Of a DNA stretch of 23,961 nt, positions 9,324 to 20,836 are shown piece after piece. The stretch lies in the IMG/VR virus record IMGVR_UViG_3300045988_094266; one strand, given 5' to 3'. Each line of letters begins with the position of its first letter. The first letter of the stretch is position 1. The stretch comes from a virus. Made by a program: the position numbers and the translations under genes. Under the pieces are notes generated by a model, which had not been told where the DNA came from, searched no databases, and worked only from the letters and a program-made list of their open reading frames with translations.

Positions 9324-11533
9324 TCCATATACCCCACGTGTTTAATTCTCGCTTGTGTTTCGGCCACTTTTCCTTTATTAAAGGCTGTTTTATAATTTCC
9401 AGTAAGATATCCTGTTACGCGTCTTAACTGTTGAATATCTTCACTACCACACATTGGACACTTATCATTAAATTCACCAGTATAACCACATTTTAAGCAA
9501 GTATCATTAGGGACATTAATTGCAAAATATGGAATATCATGATTCATAGCATAATTAACTAAAGTCTCTAATGCATCAATATTATTCTCCATACCACTAT
9601 CAAGTTCAACATAAGTGATACAACCGGCAGAAGAGTAGCCAGTTAATTGGGATTCAATATCAATCTTATCAAAAGGGGACATTTGTTTCCATACAGGAAC
9701 ATGAATAGAGTTAGTAAAGTATTCTTTATCACTTACATTTGGAATAATTCCGTATTTATTTTTAAATTTAGTCATAGCTGTATAACATAAATTCTCGGCT
9801 GGAGTAAAATATACTCCGAAATTTAGTTGATATTTTTCTTTATACTCAGCACATCTATCTTTGAATAATTGCTCAATACGCTTAGCTAACTTCATTCCCT
9901 CTTCTGTGGTATGGTCTTTACCAATAAGAATTTGTAGAGTTTCAGCTAATCCAAGTTGCCCCATAGCTAAAGTTCCATGTTTTAAAGCGCTTCGAGTAGA
10001 AATTCCATCATATCCAGCCATTAAGCCGTTTTCATACATGAATTTCGCGGATTCCGCGGGTTGAGAACAAATATACTCAAATCTCTCAAGAAGCATATCT
10101 TTAGCATCATTTATAGCTTGATCTAAGAAATCAATAAAAGTTTCAACACAAGAGTCGTCTCCGCTTGGCATGGTTTCCCAATACTTTTTAGCCTCCATAG
10201 CCAATGTTGGCATAATAATTGTTACTGGACAAATATTTCCACGACCATCTTTTTGTTGGCCTAATCCATTAATGTCGAACCCATTCGCAGTTCTACAACC
10301 CATAGTAGAGAAGTATGTCTTAGGATCATTTTTATCATATCCTGCATTTCCGCTCCAATCAACATTGGCATAATTGGGATATAATCTTAAAGCAGTAGAT
10401 TTTAAAGCGATTCTGAATAAATCATAATTGGGATCACCAGGAGCTCGATTAATTCCTTTTGCACATTGAAAGATGCCACAAGGGAAAATAGAAGTTTTGT
10501 GAAGTCTACCAAGTCCCTCAATAGAAACTTCAAGTAAAGCCTTAATTACCATTCTCCCTTCTGGAAGAGTACAAGTACCATAGTTAATAGAAGTAAAAGG
10601 TAATTGATTTCCAGATCGAGACTACAAAGTATTTAAATTATGATACATACCTTCAACTGCTTGATGAGTCTCTCTTTCTGTCATATCTATAGCATATTGA
10701 TACGCATTTGGGTATTCTTTATATATTTCACTATCAATAGGAAGAGTAGAATTTAATCTATCATCCATAGATAAAGTATGTTCAACATAAACAAGTCCAT
10801 CATTAAAATGTTTATAAAAACTCTTTCGTACATATGGAACCATAGTCCAATCCAAGTGAGTAGCAGATACTCCACCAAATTGTTGTAAACTCTGTAGTTG
10901 GAAAATAACTGCAACAAGCTGGAAAGCGGTATTTACAGAACCCGCGGGGCGCACATCAGTTTGTCTAGTATTAAATCCCTTTTCAAGTAAATCATCGAAA
11001 GGAATAGAAAGACAGTTGTGCATACCTACAGCATAAGCATTTAAATCATGAATATAAATTCTATTATTTTCATGATTTACTCGTGATTTATTAGAAACTA
11101 AATAATCAAGAGCATACCTTTTCATTTGTAAATCTGACGCTGCTCCAACTCGTCCGCCAAATGACATTTCATCTACATTGGCATTTTGGTTTTCAATATC
11201 AGAACCTTGAATCTTTGCAGAAAAGGCTTTAATAAAATCATCTTGGCCTTTTCTTGCAATCTCTCTTTTATATCTATATCTAATATATTCTTTGGCTACG
11301 TCTCTACGTTCAGATTTCATAAGATAATCTTCAACCATATCTTGAATTTTTTCAACGGAAACTACATCATCAGATGTTTTTACAGCATACTTAATTTCAT
11401 CTGCAATATCATTTGCTGTATCATCTTCATATAATGCCCCATCAACTTCGATGAAAGCTTTATTTATAGCGTTAATAATACGCTCTTTATCAAATGGTAC
11501 TAGGATACCATTTCTCTTTCTTACTTGAAGCAT
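9320..11533 (-). CDS. nrdD: anaerobic ribonucleoside-triphosphate reductase NrdD (class III, 737 aa; ORFs 10622-11533 and 9320-10552 joined through TAG 10622-10624)
   Basis: N-terminal ATP cone (MLQVRKRNGILVPFDKERIINAINKA). The join reads ...HNLNTL-Q-SRSGNQLPFTSINYGTCTLPEGR. The C-terminus has a Zn ribbon CLKCGY...CPMCG and a glycine-radical RVTGYL motif. It ends at TGA. Confidence 0.9.
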
Positions 11534-11548
11534 ATATAAAACAACTCC

Positions 11549-11980
11549 TTATCTCGTTTTTTGTATATATCTCTACTTTTCCCTTTGTAAAGATTCTAAA
11601 GTCTTTTTGCTTTTTAATATTCCATTACTATCATTATAGTATAAAGAAATGAATGAGTTCAATGCATCACTTGGACCTTGAATCTTTTCGCTTTTTCCTC
11701 CACCAGGCATTGTATTATATCCAACAGAGGGATTGGTAGAATTATAATATGATATATATTGCTTTTCTAACTTATTACTTTCATCTAGCGTAAGATTATT
11801 TTCTAAAATTATATGTTCAAAATTATTCCATCCATATTTCTATATATCATAATAAAAAGATATATTTTCCTTGTATCCATTACCATTTTGCCATCTCTTA
11901 TTTGGATTATCTCCAAATTTGGTTTGTCCAATATATACTTTATTATTTATTTTATTTCTATGCAAATATATACAATACAT
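11549..11980 (-). CDS. free-standing GIY-YIG endonuclease (homing-endonuclease-like, 143 aa, 2 TAG) between gmk and nrdD
   Basis: RBS GAGGTGG precedes ATG 11980. The protein reads MYCIYLHRNKINNKVYIGQTKFGDNPNKRWQNGNGY...ISFYYDIQKYGWNNFEHIILENNLT...YNSTNPSVGYN, matching the GIY-(10)-YIG, R, KYGW.NF and N signature. It ends at TAA 11549-11551, directly upstream of the nrdD RBS. Confidence 0.75.
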
Positions 11981-12035
11981 ATAAATCCACCTCTTTATGC
12001 GAGTATATTATATATAAGAGATAGGGATTATTAAT

Positions 12036-12608
12036 TTAATAAAATTGTCCAAATATAGTATCAACAGCAACATCAATATCTTCTAAGGTGTCGTTTTTAA
12101 GAGTTTTATATTTTATATCATCAAGGAAATGAAAGTCTTCCGTATCTGCCTTATATCTTCTAATAATTTCATTTACATCAGGATTTTCTTCTCTATTTAA
12201 CTATCTTAATAATCTCTATTTACCCGCGGCCCGCACATAAAATACATAAAGCTCAATATTGTCATCTTCTTGTAGACATCTTACTCCTTCAGGGTTAAAG
12301 ACCCCTATATTTATTTTGTCTATTGTTAGACTTTCTCTATCTGTACCATAATGCCAATCATTAAATTCTGTTGCTTCTAGCATATCTCCATTAAGAACTT
12401 TTTTTGTAAATTCATCAATAGATAGAAAATAATAATTAATTCCTTCTTTTTCCCCTTCTCGCGGAGGGCGTGTAGTACAACTGATAATTTCATTGAAATA
12501 AGAAGGATATTTCTCCATAATACTATGGAGAATAGTATCCTTCCCACTTCCTGCTTCACCCATTAACGCTACTATCTTCATCCTCTTCTTCTCCTTGTTT
12601 TCTTTCAC
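12036..12608 (-). CDS. gmk: guanylate kinase-like (d)NMP kinase (about 190 aa; alternative start 12581; 2 TAG codons extend ORF 12216-12608 to TAA 12036)
   Basis: P-loop GEAGSGKDT. The motifs SCTTRPPREGEKEGINYYFLS and EATEFNDWHYGT are present. The C-terminal extension through TAG is RLLRQLNREENPDVNEIIRRYKADTE...NDTLEDIDVAVDTI, which matches the Gmk C-terminal lid/LID-helix pattern. Confidence 0.75.
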
Positions 12609-15600
12609 TTCTTAAAATTAAGTCTGTACCATTGACAATTTCATCAATGTGATAAAGTTGATGACCTCCAGAACTTGCATATTTCTTTGTTACAAATTCA
12701 TCTCCGCGTCTAATTCCCTGCACAACAATCATATTACCTCTATTAAACCATGATTTTTCTATGACCTTTTTTGTGCCATCTTCGTTTCTCTGGAAAGTTT
12801 GCTTATCAAACAACGCGAAGTATTCTTGTCTAAACTTAACCGCTACAACTCCAGTAGTGGTAAGAAGATATACCGTACTTTTTACTTTATTTTTTGCAAT
12901 ACAAGTTCCACAAATCTTATATAGCTTATAGATAGGAATTAATGAAGCACCCTTTTTAAATACCTTATCTACTTGAGGTTCTTCTGGTAAACTAAAGAAG
13001 TCTACAAAACCATACTTACTATTGTTGATATTTGATAATTCATGGTCATGATAATAAAAGCACAAAGATTCCATTTCCCAAGAAGAAATATTACCAGAAG
13101 CATATTTCTTCCAATCTTCCATAAAGATTGTAGTATTTAAGTCATCTAAAATCTTTTCTTTGTTTTCTGCAATCCATGCTCTAAATACATCCATGTAACT
13201 TTGATAAACCTTATCCCAAGATTTTATATCAATATACCAAACTAAATTATCTGTTTCAAGCAGTTTTTCGCAATCAATTTCAACTAAGAAAGTTATTGCT
13301 CTTTCATCTAGCTTATACTTACCTGCATTATATGGGTCTTTACATTCTGCTTTTAAATATCTATTAAATTCGTAAACTCTTTTGGGCATTACAAATTTTT
13401 CATCATCAGGAATGAGATTATATCTCATTAACCCAGGTAGATTTTGTAAAGTAATTCTTTTCTTTTTATCACAGGTAATCCATATATATTGAATCATTGC
13501 TTCCATCCTAGGATGAAACTGATCAAACCCTCCGCCCTTAATTAAAGAAATCATTGCTTGTTTATTTGGATGTACTTTATTAAAGAAATCAATTAAAGAT
13601 ACATAGGGGCGATTATCAACAATGGTTTTAATTAAATCATTGTTTACATTAGATAACCCTTTTAAACCAAACAAGATTTGATTATGCTCAACATCTGGTT
13701 TAAAACCAAAATCAGAATGATTAATGTCAACCAAAGACACTTTTATACCAGCATTACGAATTTCTCCAATGGCTTTAGCAATCTTGGTATAATCTGATTG
13801 TTCTCCTTCTTCTTCATTAATGGCACCGCTATTGACAATAAGATATGCTGTATTCCAATATACTGGATTAAAATGGGTAGCAAGATAAAGAGTTTGCATA
13901 CCAATAAAGCTATAAGCAAGAGCATGGATAATAGAGAAACTATAGCCCATTTGTGGACCGATGCCATAATTCCATACATATTGCCCCAATGCTGGAGATT
14001 TCGCAGAATTTAAAACTTTTTCTCTCAACTCTGGAATTTTGTTCATTTGCTTCTTACCAACTATTTTTCTTGCAGTATTAGCTTCAGCTAACGTAAATCC
14101 GCAAATATTTGGGTCTTGAAGCATAGTCATCATTTGTTCTTGGCTGGGAGGCACACCATAAGAACGTAAGAAATGAGGTTCAAGAATTTTTTGTTCTTCT
14201 TTTGTTAAACCCTACTGATCCATTTCTTTATACCAAAGAGAAATATTATTTTTAAAACGAACATACTTCTCCATTGGAGTTTCTGCACCCTTTTCCGCAG
14301 TCATTAGTCTCATCAATCCATTAGCGTCCGCCATTTCGTGCGGATTTTGAGGCTTAATCTTTTTTGCTGCTTGAGCGCCAACACTAGAATCAAATTGGAA
14401 ACAGCCAAGAACATCTCCATTGGCAAGAGCATCCCACATTTTTTTATCGTCTTGCGGGAGGACAGATGGATGAAGGTATTTATTATAGACTTCACGCAAT
14501 GTTAAATCTTTTTCAATAGCGCCATCTTTTTGCAATAGCTCAATAGTTTGAATAATAATATCCTGTACTGCTGTAAGCAAGAAATCGTACTTGACAGATC
14601 CAGCGGCTTCTTGATCATGAAGATCCCATTGAGTAATTAATGCTCCTTTTGGAGTTCTCATTACCGCGGCTGTATCAAAAATATTTTGATCAAATAAGAT
14701 TACCCCAGAAGCGTGACTCGAACGTTTATTTACTAGTCCTTGAATTCTAGTAATAATATCTAGTAATCCAGGATACTGATTCACAGTATTCACAAAAACT
14801 GAAACAGATTTGCGACCTTTTTCTAGATTACCATTAACCACATCCTCAATGGGCCATAGAAAACCTCTTTCTTGTGGAATAAGAGAACTCATATATTGAG
14901 CCATATCTACATCAATTCCGTCAGGATAATCTTCTGAACGATAGCCTCGACAGGCTGTTAAAATCGCAGATTTAGTTCCTTCTGTGCCAAAAGTGCAAAC
15001 TTGTACTAAGCCAAGCTCTCCTCGTTCTTTTCTAATCTCCGCGAAAATCTTTTGAATCTTTGATGGTGCCAAATCTAGGTCAATATCACCAAGTTCAGTT
15101 CTTTCATCGTTAATATAGCGCCAGAAAGGAAGATCCCATTCAATCGGATCTAGTTGAGTGATTCCAAGAAGATAATGGTTCAAAGCAGCACAAGCTGATC
15201 CTCGCCCTGCACCTACGGTACTTCCGCAATTCCAGAACAAATCTACATAATGTTTTAGAGTATTTGGGTATGCAAACATACAAGTTCCTAGTTTTTCTCC
15301 AATCACTCTCTTTACTCTTGCTTCTTCTTCTAATCTTTCAAGATATCTAGGATCATTAAATAAATCTTTTTTCTGCAAAGCAATAATACATTCATTTACC
15401 CAATATCTTTCTTGAATATTATCGCTCCAAATCAAACTAGATAGAACAGGATATTTATCTTCCCACTGATATGGTACAAACCCTTTTTTATAATCTGTTA
15501 CTTCTACTTCTGGAATTGATTGATGACGTTCAAGAGAATAAAATTCAATTTTATCTTTCATTTCGTTTGAGCATTTAAAAATCCAATCAATTATGCCTTC

Positions 15601-16437
15601 GTCATAGCTCAATCTAAGAAGTTCTCTAGTTTCTTGTTCATCCATCAAATGAGTAAACTCATAGAAACTATCAACCTCTCGTTCTCCACCTTTAGAATTA
15701 AGATACGCTTTATGAACATATCTATCTTCTTTTGTTAAGTAATGCGCATCTGTTCCAATACACATATTTATATTAAAAGCCTCAGAGATACTTAACATTC
15801 TTTTATTTGCGATAATTTGATCTGGATAAGAAGCGGGAGCACATTCAATGTAAAAATCATCTTTACCAAATACATCAATGCAGAATGTCATAAAATCAAC
15901 AATTTGATTATGGTATCTCTGTGCGTTAATTTCATCTTTAATCTCTTCACAATTATGAAGATTTAAAATGGAACTACCAAGTTCTCCACCAATACAAGCA
16001 GTAGTCCCAATAATATGACCCTTAAATCTCTGCATTACATCTTTAAGCTCAGATTTAAGCAAAGGAACGCGTTCCATTCTACGGTCATAATATCCATTCA
16101 TCCAAGCAATAGAGGATAACTCCTTTAGTCCTCTATATCCTTCTTTATCTTTCGCGATTAGGATAAAGTGATAATACTTTTGTCCTAAATCTCTTGTATC
16201 AGTTAAATAAATCTCATTTCCTAATGCAATCGTAAAATCGGGATTTTGCTCCCTAATTTTCTTTGCATATTTATTTACTCTCATATGCGCCGAAAGGCTT
16301 TCGTGGTCTGTGATAGCAATTCCCGTCAATCCGACTTCAATAGCTTTATCAATCAGTGCCTCAGGTTTATTTATACAATCTAGCAAACGCAAGTTACTAA
16401 ACTCCGTATGCGCATGATTGTTAAAGTACATACCCAT
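12556..16437 (-). CDS. dnaE: DNA polymerase III alpha subunit, DnaE family (1293 aa; two ORFs joined through TAG 14212-14214)
   Basis: N-terminal PHP domain MYFNNHAHTEFSNLRLLDC...GLTGIAITDHESL. The joined gene is 3.9 kb in a single frame. RBS GAGAGG precedes ATG 16437. It ends at TGA 12556-12558. Confidence 0.85.
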
Positions 16438-16480
16438 AATTATACCTCTCTTATTTTCTTTATACTTACATTATAGCATA

Positions 16481-17662
16481 TTAATTCTTTAATATCAATG
16501 TAAGTTTTTCAATGGCCCTTGTAACTGTAGTATATATCCATCTAGCGTGTTCAATTTTATCAAATGGAAATGATTCTTCTAATACTAAAACCTTATCCCA
16601 TTGTGAACCTTGCGCTCTATGTCCAGTAATTGCATAACCAAAATTAAACTCAATAGGAAGATCTGGATTTTCTTTATTTCTCCTAATTAAATATTCTTGT
16701 TGAGGAGTAAAAAACTTTTCTCCAGTAGTTAAAGCGGTATAGTCAATACCAACTTCTCTATATGTATCATTTGTTGTTTCAATATCTGCAAATAAAACAG
16801 GAGCAGACACTAACTTTCCAGCGAGGATATAATCAATAGATTCCATTCTTTTAGTTTTAATATATCCAACAGAGCCATTTATGAGTGGATTTTCATGTTT
16901 TTCAGAGCAAGTATCCCAACAGTTCCTCAAACAAATAATCTTATCATCTATTTCTGGCTCAAATCCTCTACCTAAATCATCTCTAATATAAGAATTAATA
17001 TCATGCCTACTTTTATTGGTAGATACAAGAATCTAGTCTGCCCAAAAATACATTCCATCGCACAGATCATTTTTCTTAAAAACTTGAGCGTCATGACCGC
17101 TAAAAGGAGATAATCTCTTTCCTTCTCTAATATCCATGCTAAGGCAAATAATATCACTTTCTTTTGCTTGACGCATTACTTCATCAAGAAAAATATGCGG
17201 ATTATCCAAAATATGATTATCTTGTTTCTTATCTATTGGAGGAATCTGAAAAGGATCTCCGCAAGCTATTACATAGATATTATGACTTAAAAGCAAATCC
17301 CACATATCTTTAGGAAGCATACTTACTTCATCTACAACAATTACTCTATAAGGCTTTTCAAGAACAGTCCTTGGTTTATAGAAAAATTTACCATTTGGCA
17401 TTTGCTTACTGTAATATAACAATTTATGCGCGGTCATAGCATTATGGCAACCTTTTTCTCGCAATACCTCTGAGGCTTTTCCTGTAAAAGTAATATATGC
17501 AACTTCTTCTTCTGGATCTACCTCAAGAGCTGCTATAATAAAATTAATCAAGGTACTTTTTCCAGTACCTGCGTAACCCGCTATTACAGTATAGGGCTCG
17601 TTGTGATTATATCTATCTATTGCAATGCGCAATCCTTCCTCTTGTTTACGAGTTAATTCCAT
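16481..17662 (-). CDS. SF1B helicase, RecD/Dda-like (about 393 aa; ORFs joined through TAG 17033-17035; alternative start 17677)
   Basis: Walker A AGYAGTGKST. Motifs VIVVDEVSML and GDPFQIPP are present. The C-terminal half has GYAITGHRAQGSQWDKVLV (helicase motif V/VI). RBS GAGG precedes ATG 17662. It ends at TAA 16481. Confidence 0.75.
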
Positions 17663-17906
17663 TTTTCCAAACCTCATAACTAATATTTTCTTGAACTCTA
17701 TAACCCTTTTTCCTTAAATAATCAGCAAATTCATCAGAAGTCATCCAATTAAAAACATATCCTTCAAAAATAGGATGATCTTCTAAAAATGCACCATAAT
17801 CATCTTCTATTCTATCCATAATATCATGTATATCCATATAACCTATTATATACTTATCTATTTGAATAGAATCTAAAAATTTTATAGTTTGTTTTAATTC
17901 TTCCAT
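17646..17906 (-). CDS. hypothetical acidic protein (86 aa)
   Basis: Intact ORF, ending TAA, that overlaps the helicase start. Confidence 0.4.
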   Translation of the reverse strand: MEELKQTIKFLDSIQIDKYIIGYMDIHDIMDRIEDDYGAFLEDHPIFEGYVFNWMTSDEFADYLRKKGYRVQENISYEVWKNGINS

Positions 17907-17943
17907 ATTTTACCTCAAAAAATAGTAAAACCAATTTTAGTTT

Positions 17944-17990
17944 CTGCGGACGGTCGTCTAGGTTCCGGCCAGCCCGCAGATATTTTATTT
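17944..17990. terminator. isolated GC-rich hairpin CTGCGG...CCGCAG followed by TATTTTATTT (only GC island in this stretch)
   Basis: Imperfect stem of about 13 bp. The T-run follows on the + strand and an A-run precedes on the - strand. It lies between - strand genes 17990-18793 and 17646-17906. Confidence 0.45.
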
Positions 17991-18793
17991 TAACTTACAA
18001 AATAATTATATGCGATTATCGCATTATTTTGTCGTACTGTATAACTTCCAGAACCGCATCTTTCATAGCATTTCGCGAACGCTAAAGCAGCATCAGTTAT
18101 ACTTGTCATATTTAGAAAATCTTCGTAATCAAACCCTCTCTTATAGGCATGACCGAATGTATTAAACTCATATTCAATAGTATTTTCCAAATAATTGCAT
18201 TGCTCTTCTAATGAGGCTCCCCAAACCTCAGAATACGCCTTATTCCATTGACACATTCCATAATATGAAGAATTACCTAATTCATATTGAATGTTCAAGG
18301 TATTACCACCAACTTCAGTCATTATATTACCAAGTATTCCAGCACAAACTTGATTATTATAACCTAGGTTTTTGAAATAGCTCCATATATATGTTGCTAC
18401 CGGGTACTCTTTCTCCTTTTGATGCCAGTGTTCCATGAGGTTATCATATACGTTTTGATAGGATTGTCTTAATTCATTAGCTTTATCATATTCATTTACG
18501 GCTAACTCAATAACATCATGGTTTTCAGAATAACCTAATTGCCTAGCGGCATCAGCCATTTGATGTGCGGCATTCATGTTAGAAATTTGTTCCGCAATAA
18601 GCTCAATCAATGTATCTAAATCATTATAGGTATAACTTGTATTGCTGTTATACTGAACTGAATATGCTGATGCAACAGAAATAAATGGGCTGTTGCAACT
18701 ACACATTATAGATAATAAAATGATTAAACTTAGTATAATACTCATAAAACGTCTCATTGTGATTGTTTCCTCCTTTAGTAAGAGGTTGCGCAA
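17990..18793 (-). CDS. secreted lipoprotein with phage-tail-lysozyme-like peptidoglycan hydrolase domain (267 aa, no TAG)
   Basis: Signal peptide/lipobox MRRFMSIILSLIILLSIMCSC. The motifs QVCAGILGNIMTEVGG, YGMCQWNKAY and AFAKCYERCGSGSY...RQNNAIIAYNYF resemble the ICGMLGNM / GLVQWT / NYERAG signature of phage tail lysozyme family domains. It ends at TAA. Confidence 0.55.
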   Translation of the reverse strand: MRNLLLKEETITMRRFMSIILSLIILLSIMCSCNSPFISVASAYSVQYNSNTSYTYNDLDTLIELIAEQISNMNAAHQMADAARQLGYSENHDVIELAVNEYDKANELRQSYQNVYDNLMEHWHQKEKEYPVATYIWSYFKNLGYNNQVCAGILGNIMTEVGGNTLNIQYELGNSSYYGMCQWNKAYSEVWGASLEEQCNYLENTIEYEFNTFGHAYKRGFDYEDFLNMTSITDAALAFAKCYERCGSGSYTVRQNNAIIAYNYFVS

Positions 18794-18796
18794 TCA

Positions 18797-20548
18797 TTAA
18801 AAGTAATACTTCTATCTACTTATAATTTCATAATCTGTAATAATAATTTGTGGTGTCACACTACCGAAGTATCTATTTACTTCTGGTTTACCAATCAAAT
18901 TTATACTCACGCAACCTAATTCACTAGATAAATCTTCTAGCTCCTCTTCGCTTGATTTAAACTTGATGCAAGTAACTCCATTTGGTAATTGAATCTTCAA
19001 AGTAGGATTCTTGTCTCGTGACATAAGACTAATCATGTCATTTGTTACTGCAACATTTTCTACCGCAATTAGCGGTTCGTCGATATTCTATCCCCAAAGA
19101 TACTTAGAATTGCCTAGTTCTAATATATCTTTAGAATTAATATCTGACATAGAGTAAATAAAATCTACCTTATAGCTTGGCGAAAATTCTATATCTTTTA
19201 ATTGATTGTCTGACCATGTAATAAAATCTTCAAAATCTTTTTCATAAATGCCAAAGCCAAAAGCATTTGCGTGCCCCTCAGCTAAAAAGACTAAATTTGA
19301 ATCTCTTACAAATTGTCTAAAATCATTTAATTTAGACTTTTCGTATCCTCTAGCTGATCCTTCCCAAGCATCTTGTCCATTGTTTACAGTCTTTGATAGG
19401 AGAATAACGGGGCGCTTATACTTACTCATTAATTCATTAGCAATTAAACCAGTAATACCTCTATCAACCTACATATCTTCTAGTTTAATTACTAAAAGTT
19501 TATGCTATAATAGATTTTTTTCTTGAATAATATTCTCTATTTGTTCAACTTCGGCATCTCTAGTTCTAGTCTAACGATTCTTAACATTAGTGCAAACTCT
19601 TAATGCTTGCTCTAATCTAGTTTCCTCTTGCCCTTTACATCCTCGTTTAGTAGAAGGAATAAGATCATATGCTTTCCATTCAAGCATACTTTCAAATAAA
19701 ATCTACTTTTCATCTTGAGTACCCATACGAGTAATGGCATTAACAAGAGGAACAATATAAAACGCTACTCCAATAGGAGATAAATCTCCTCTGCCTAACT
19801 AATAAGCATTTTTATCAGCCATACCTTTAATAAAAGGATTGCGGAGACTTGACCTCTGTAGCCCCTATTGAATAAGATAATGAGTTTCAAAATCTCTAAT
19901 ATCCATCATATCTCCTATAAGACCGGTGGCTACAATATCAAGGTAATTGTCCGCATAGGCAGTTCCGCAAATACTATCCATATACTAACACAATTTATAA
20001 ACTACTCCTACACCAGATAACGATTTTGTTGGATAATCGCATAACTGATTATTAACAACACAGGCGTATTCAGATATTTTATCAGCTAAGTGATGGTCTA
20101 TAACTAATACATCAATTCCGCGATTAGCCAATTCTTCATGCTCTTGATAGTCGTTAGAGCTTGAATCCGGTGCAATAACAAGAGAAATATTATCGGGGAT
20201 TAATTCTGGTTTTATTCCATGAATTTTACCAGAATGGAAGTTATAAACAAACTTGTTAATTGCAGAGGGAAACTGCGCATGAAGATAATTTAGCAATAAT
20301 GCAGAAGAGGTGTAACCATCGCAGTCGCTATCTACCTAGACATAAATATAAGAGTCGTCTTTTAAAATGTGCTTAATAATTAGCTTAGCAGCGCTTTCAA
20401 TATTATTAAGAAGTAAGGGAGATAAATTATCTTTTTCTGATACTGTTAAATAATGCTATATATCACCATATTTAATACCTCTGTTAACTAATACCTACTT
20501 TAAAGCACTATAATCCTAATTTCTTGGGTTAATTAATGAATATTCCAA
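18797..20548 (-). CDS. RecJ-like DHH-family single-strand DNA exonuclease (583 aa) with 13 in-frame TAG codons; start codon uncertain (TTG 20548?)
   Basis: Four ORF-track fragments (20296, 19429, 19036 and the unlisted 20548-20297 stretch) share one frame when TAG is read as sense. The motifs are QVDSDCDGYTSSALLLNYL (DHH motif I), VLVIDHH, and a C-terminal OB-like domain. There is no in-frame ATG upstream of motif I. TTG follows AAGGAG and sits directly after the TAA of the upstream gene. It ends at TAA 18797-18799. Confidence 0.7.
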
Positions 20549-20551
20549 TCT

Positions 20552-20836
20552 TTAATCACTCTCCTTATTATGTGATAATCCAGTTCCTTTGCAAGCTCTA
20601 CATTTTATATAGTCATTAAGATCGTTTGGATCTGGCCTATCATCTTCCGCGCAAGATCTAGATCTTAAAACATGACCAGTTCCGTTACAGTACTCACATG
20701 CTTGATTAATTTCTCTAAGTTTCTCTAAACTGTCAAAATAGGGTTGTATTCTCTTATTATAATCATCTGCTAATTTTCCTATTTCTTTTTCTATTACTCT
20801 AATAGCAGGTACTAGATTTAAAATCTCTTTACTCAT
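20552..20836 (-). CDS. small protein with two DnaJ-type CxxCxGxG zinc-finger repeats (94 aa)
   Basis: CEYCNGTGHV and CRACKGTGLS motifs follow an N-terminal coiled coil. There are no TAG codons. It ends at TAA. Confidence 0.5.
   Translation of the reverse strand: MSKEILNLVPAIRVIEKEIGKLADDYNKRIQPYFDSLEKLREINQACEYCNGTGHVLRSRSCAEDDRPDPNDLNDYIKCRACKGTGLSHNKESD

Noticed and set aside
17944-17979. GC-rich island as a tRNA (possible suppressor tRNA) fragment
   Set aside because: It is only about 36 nt long and forms a single hairpin with no cloverleaf, acceptor stem or anticodon arm. No tRNA-like structure was found anywhere in the window.
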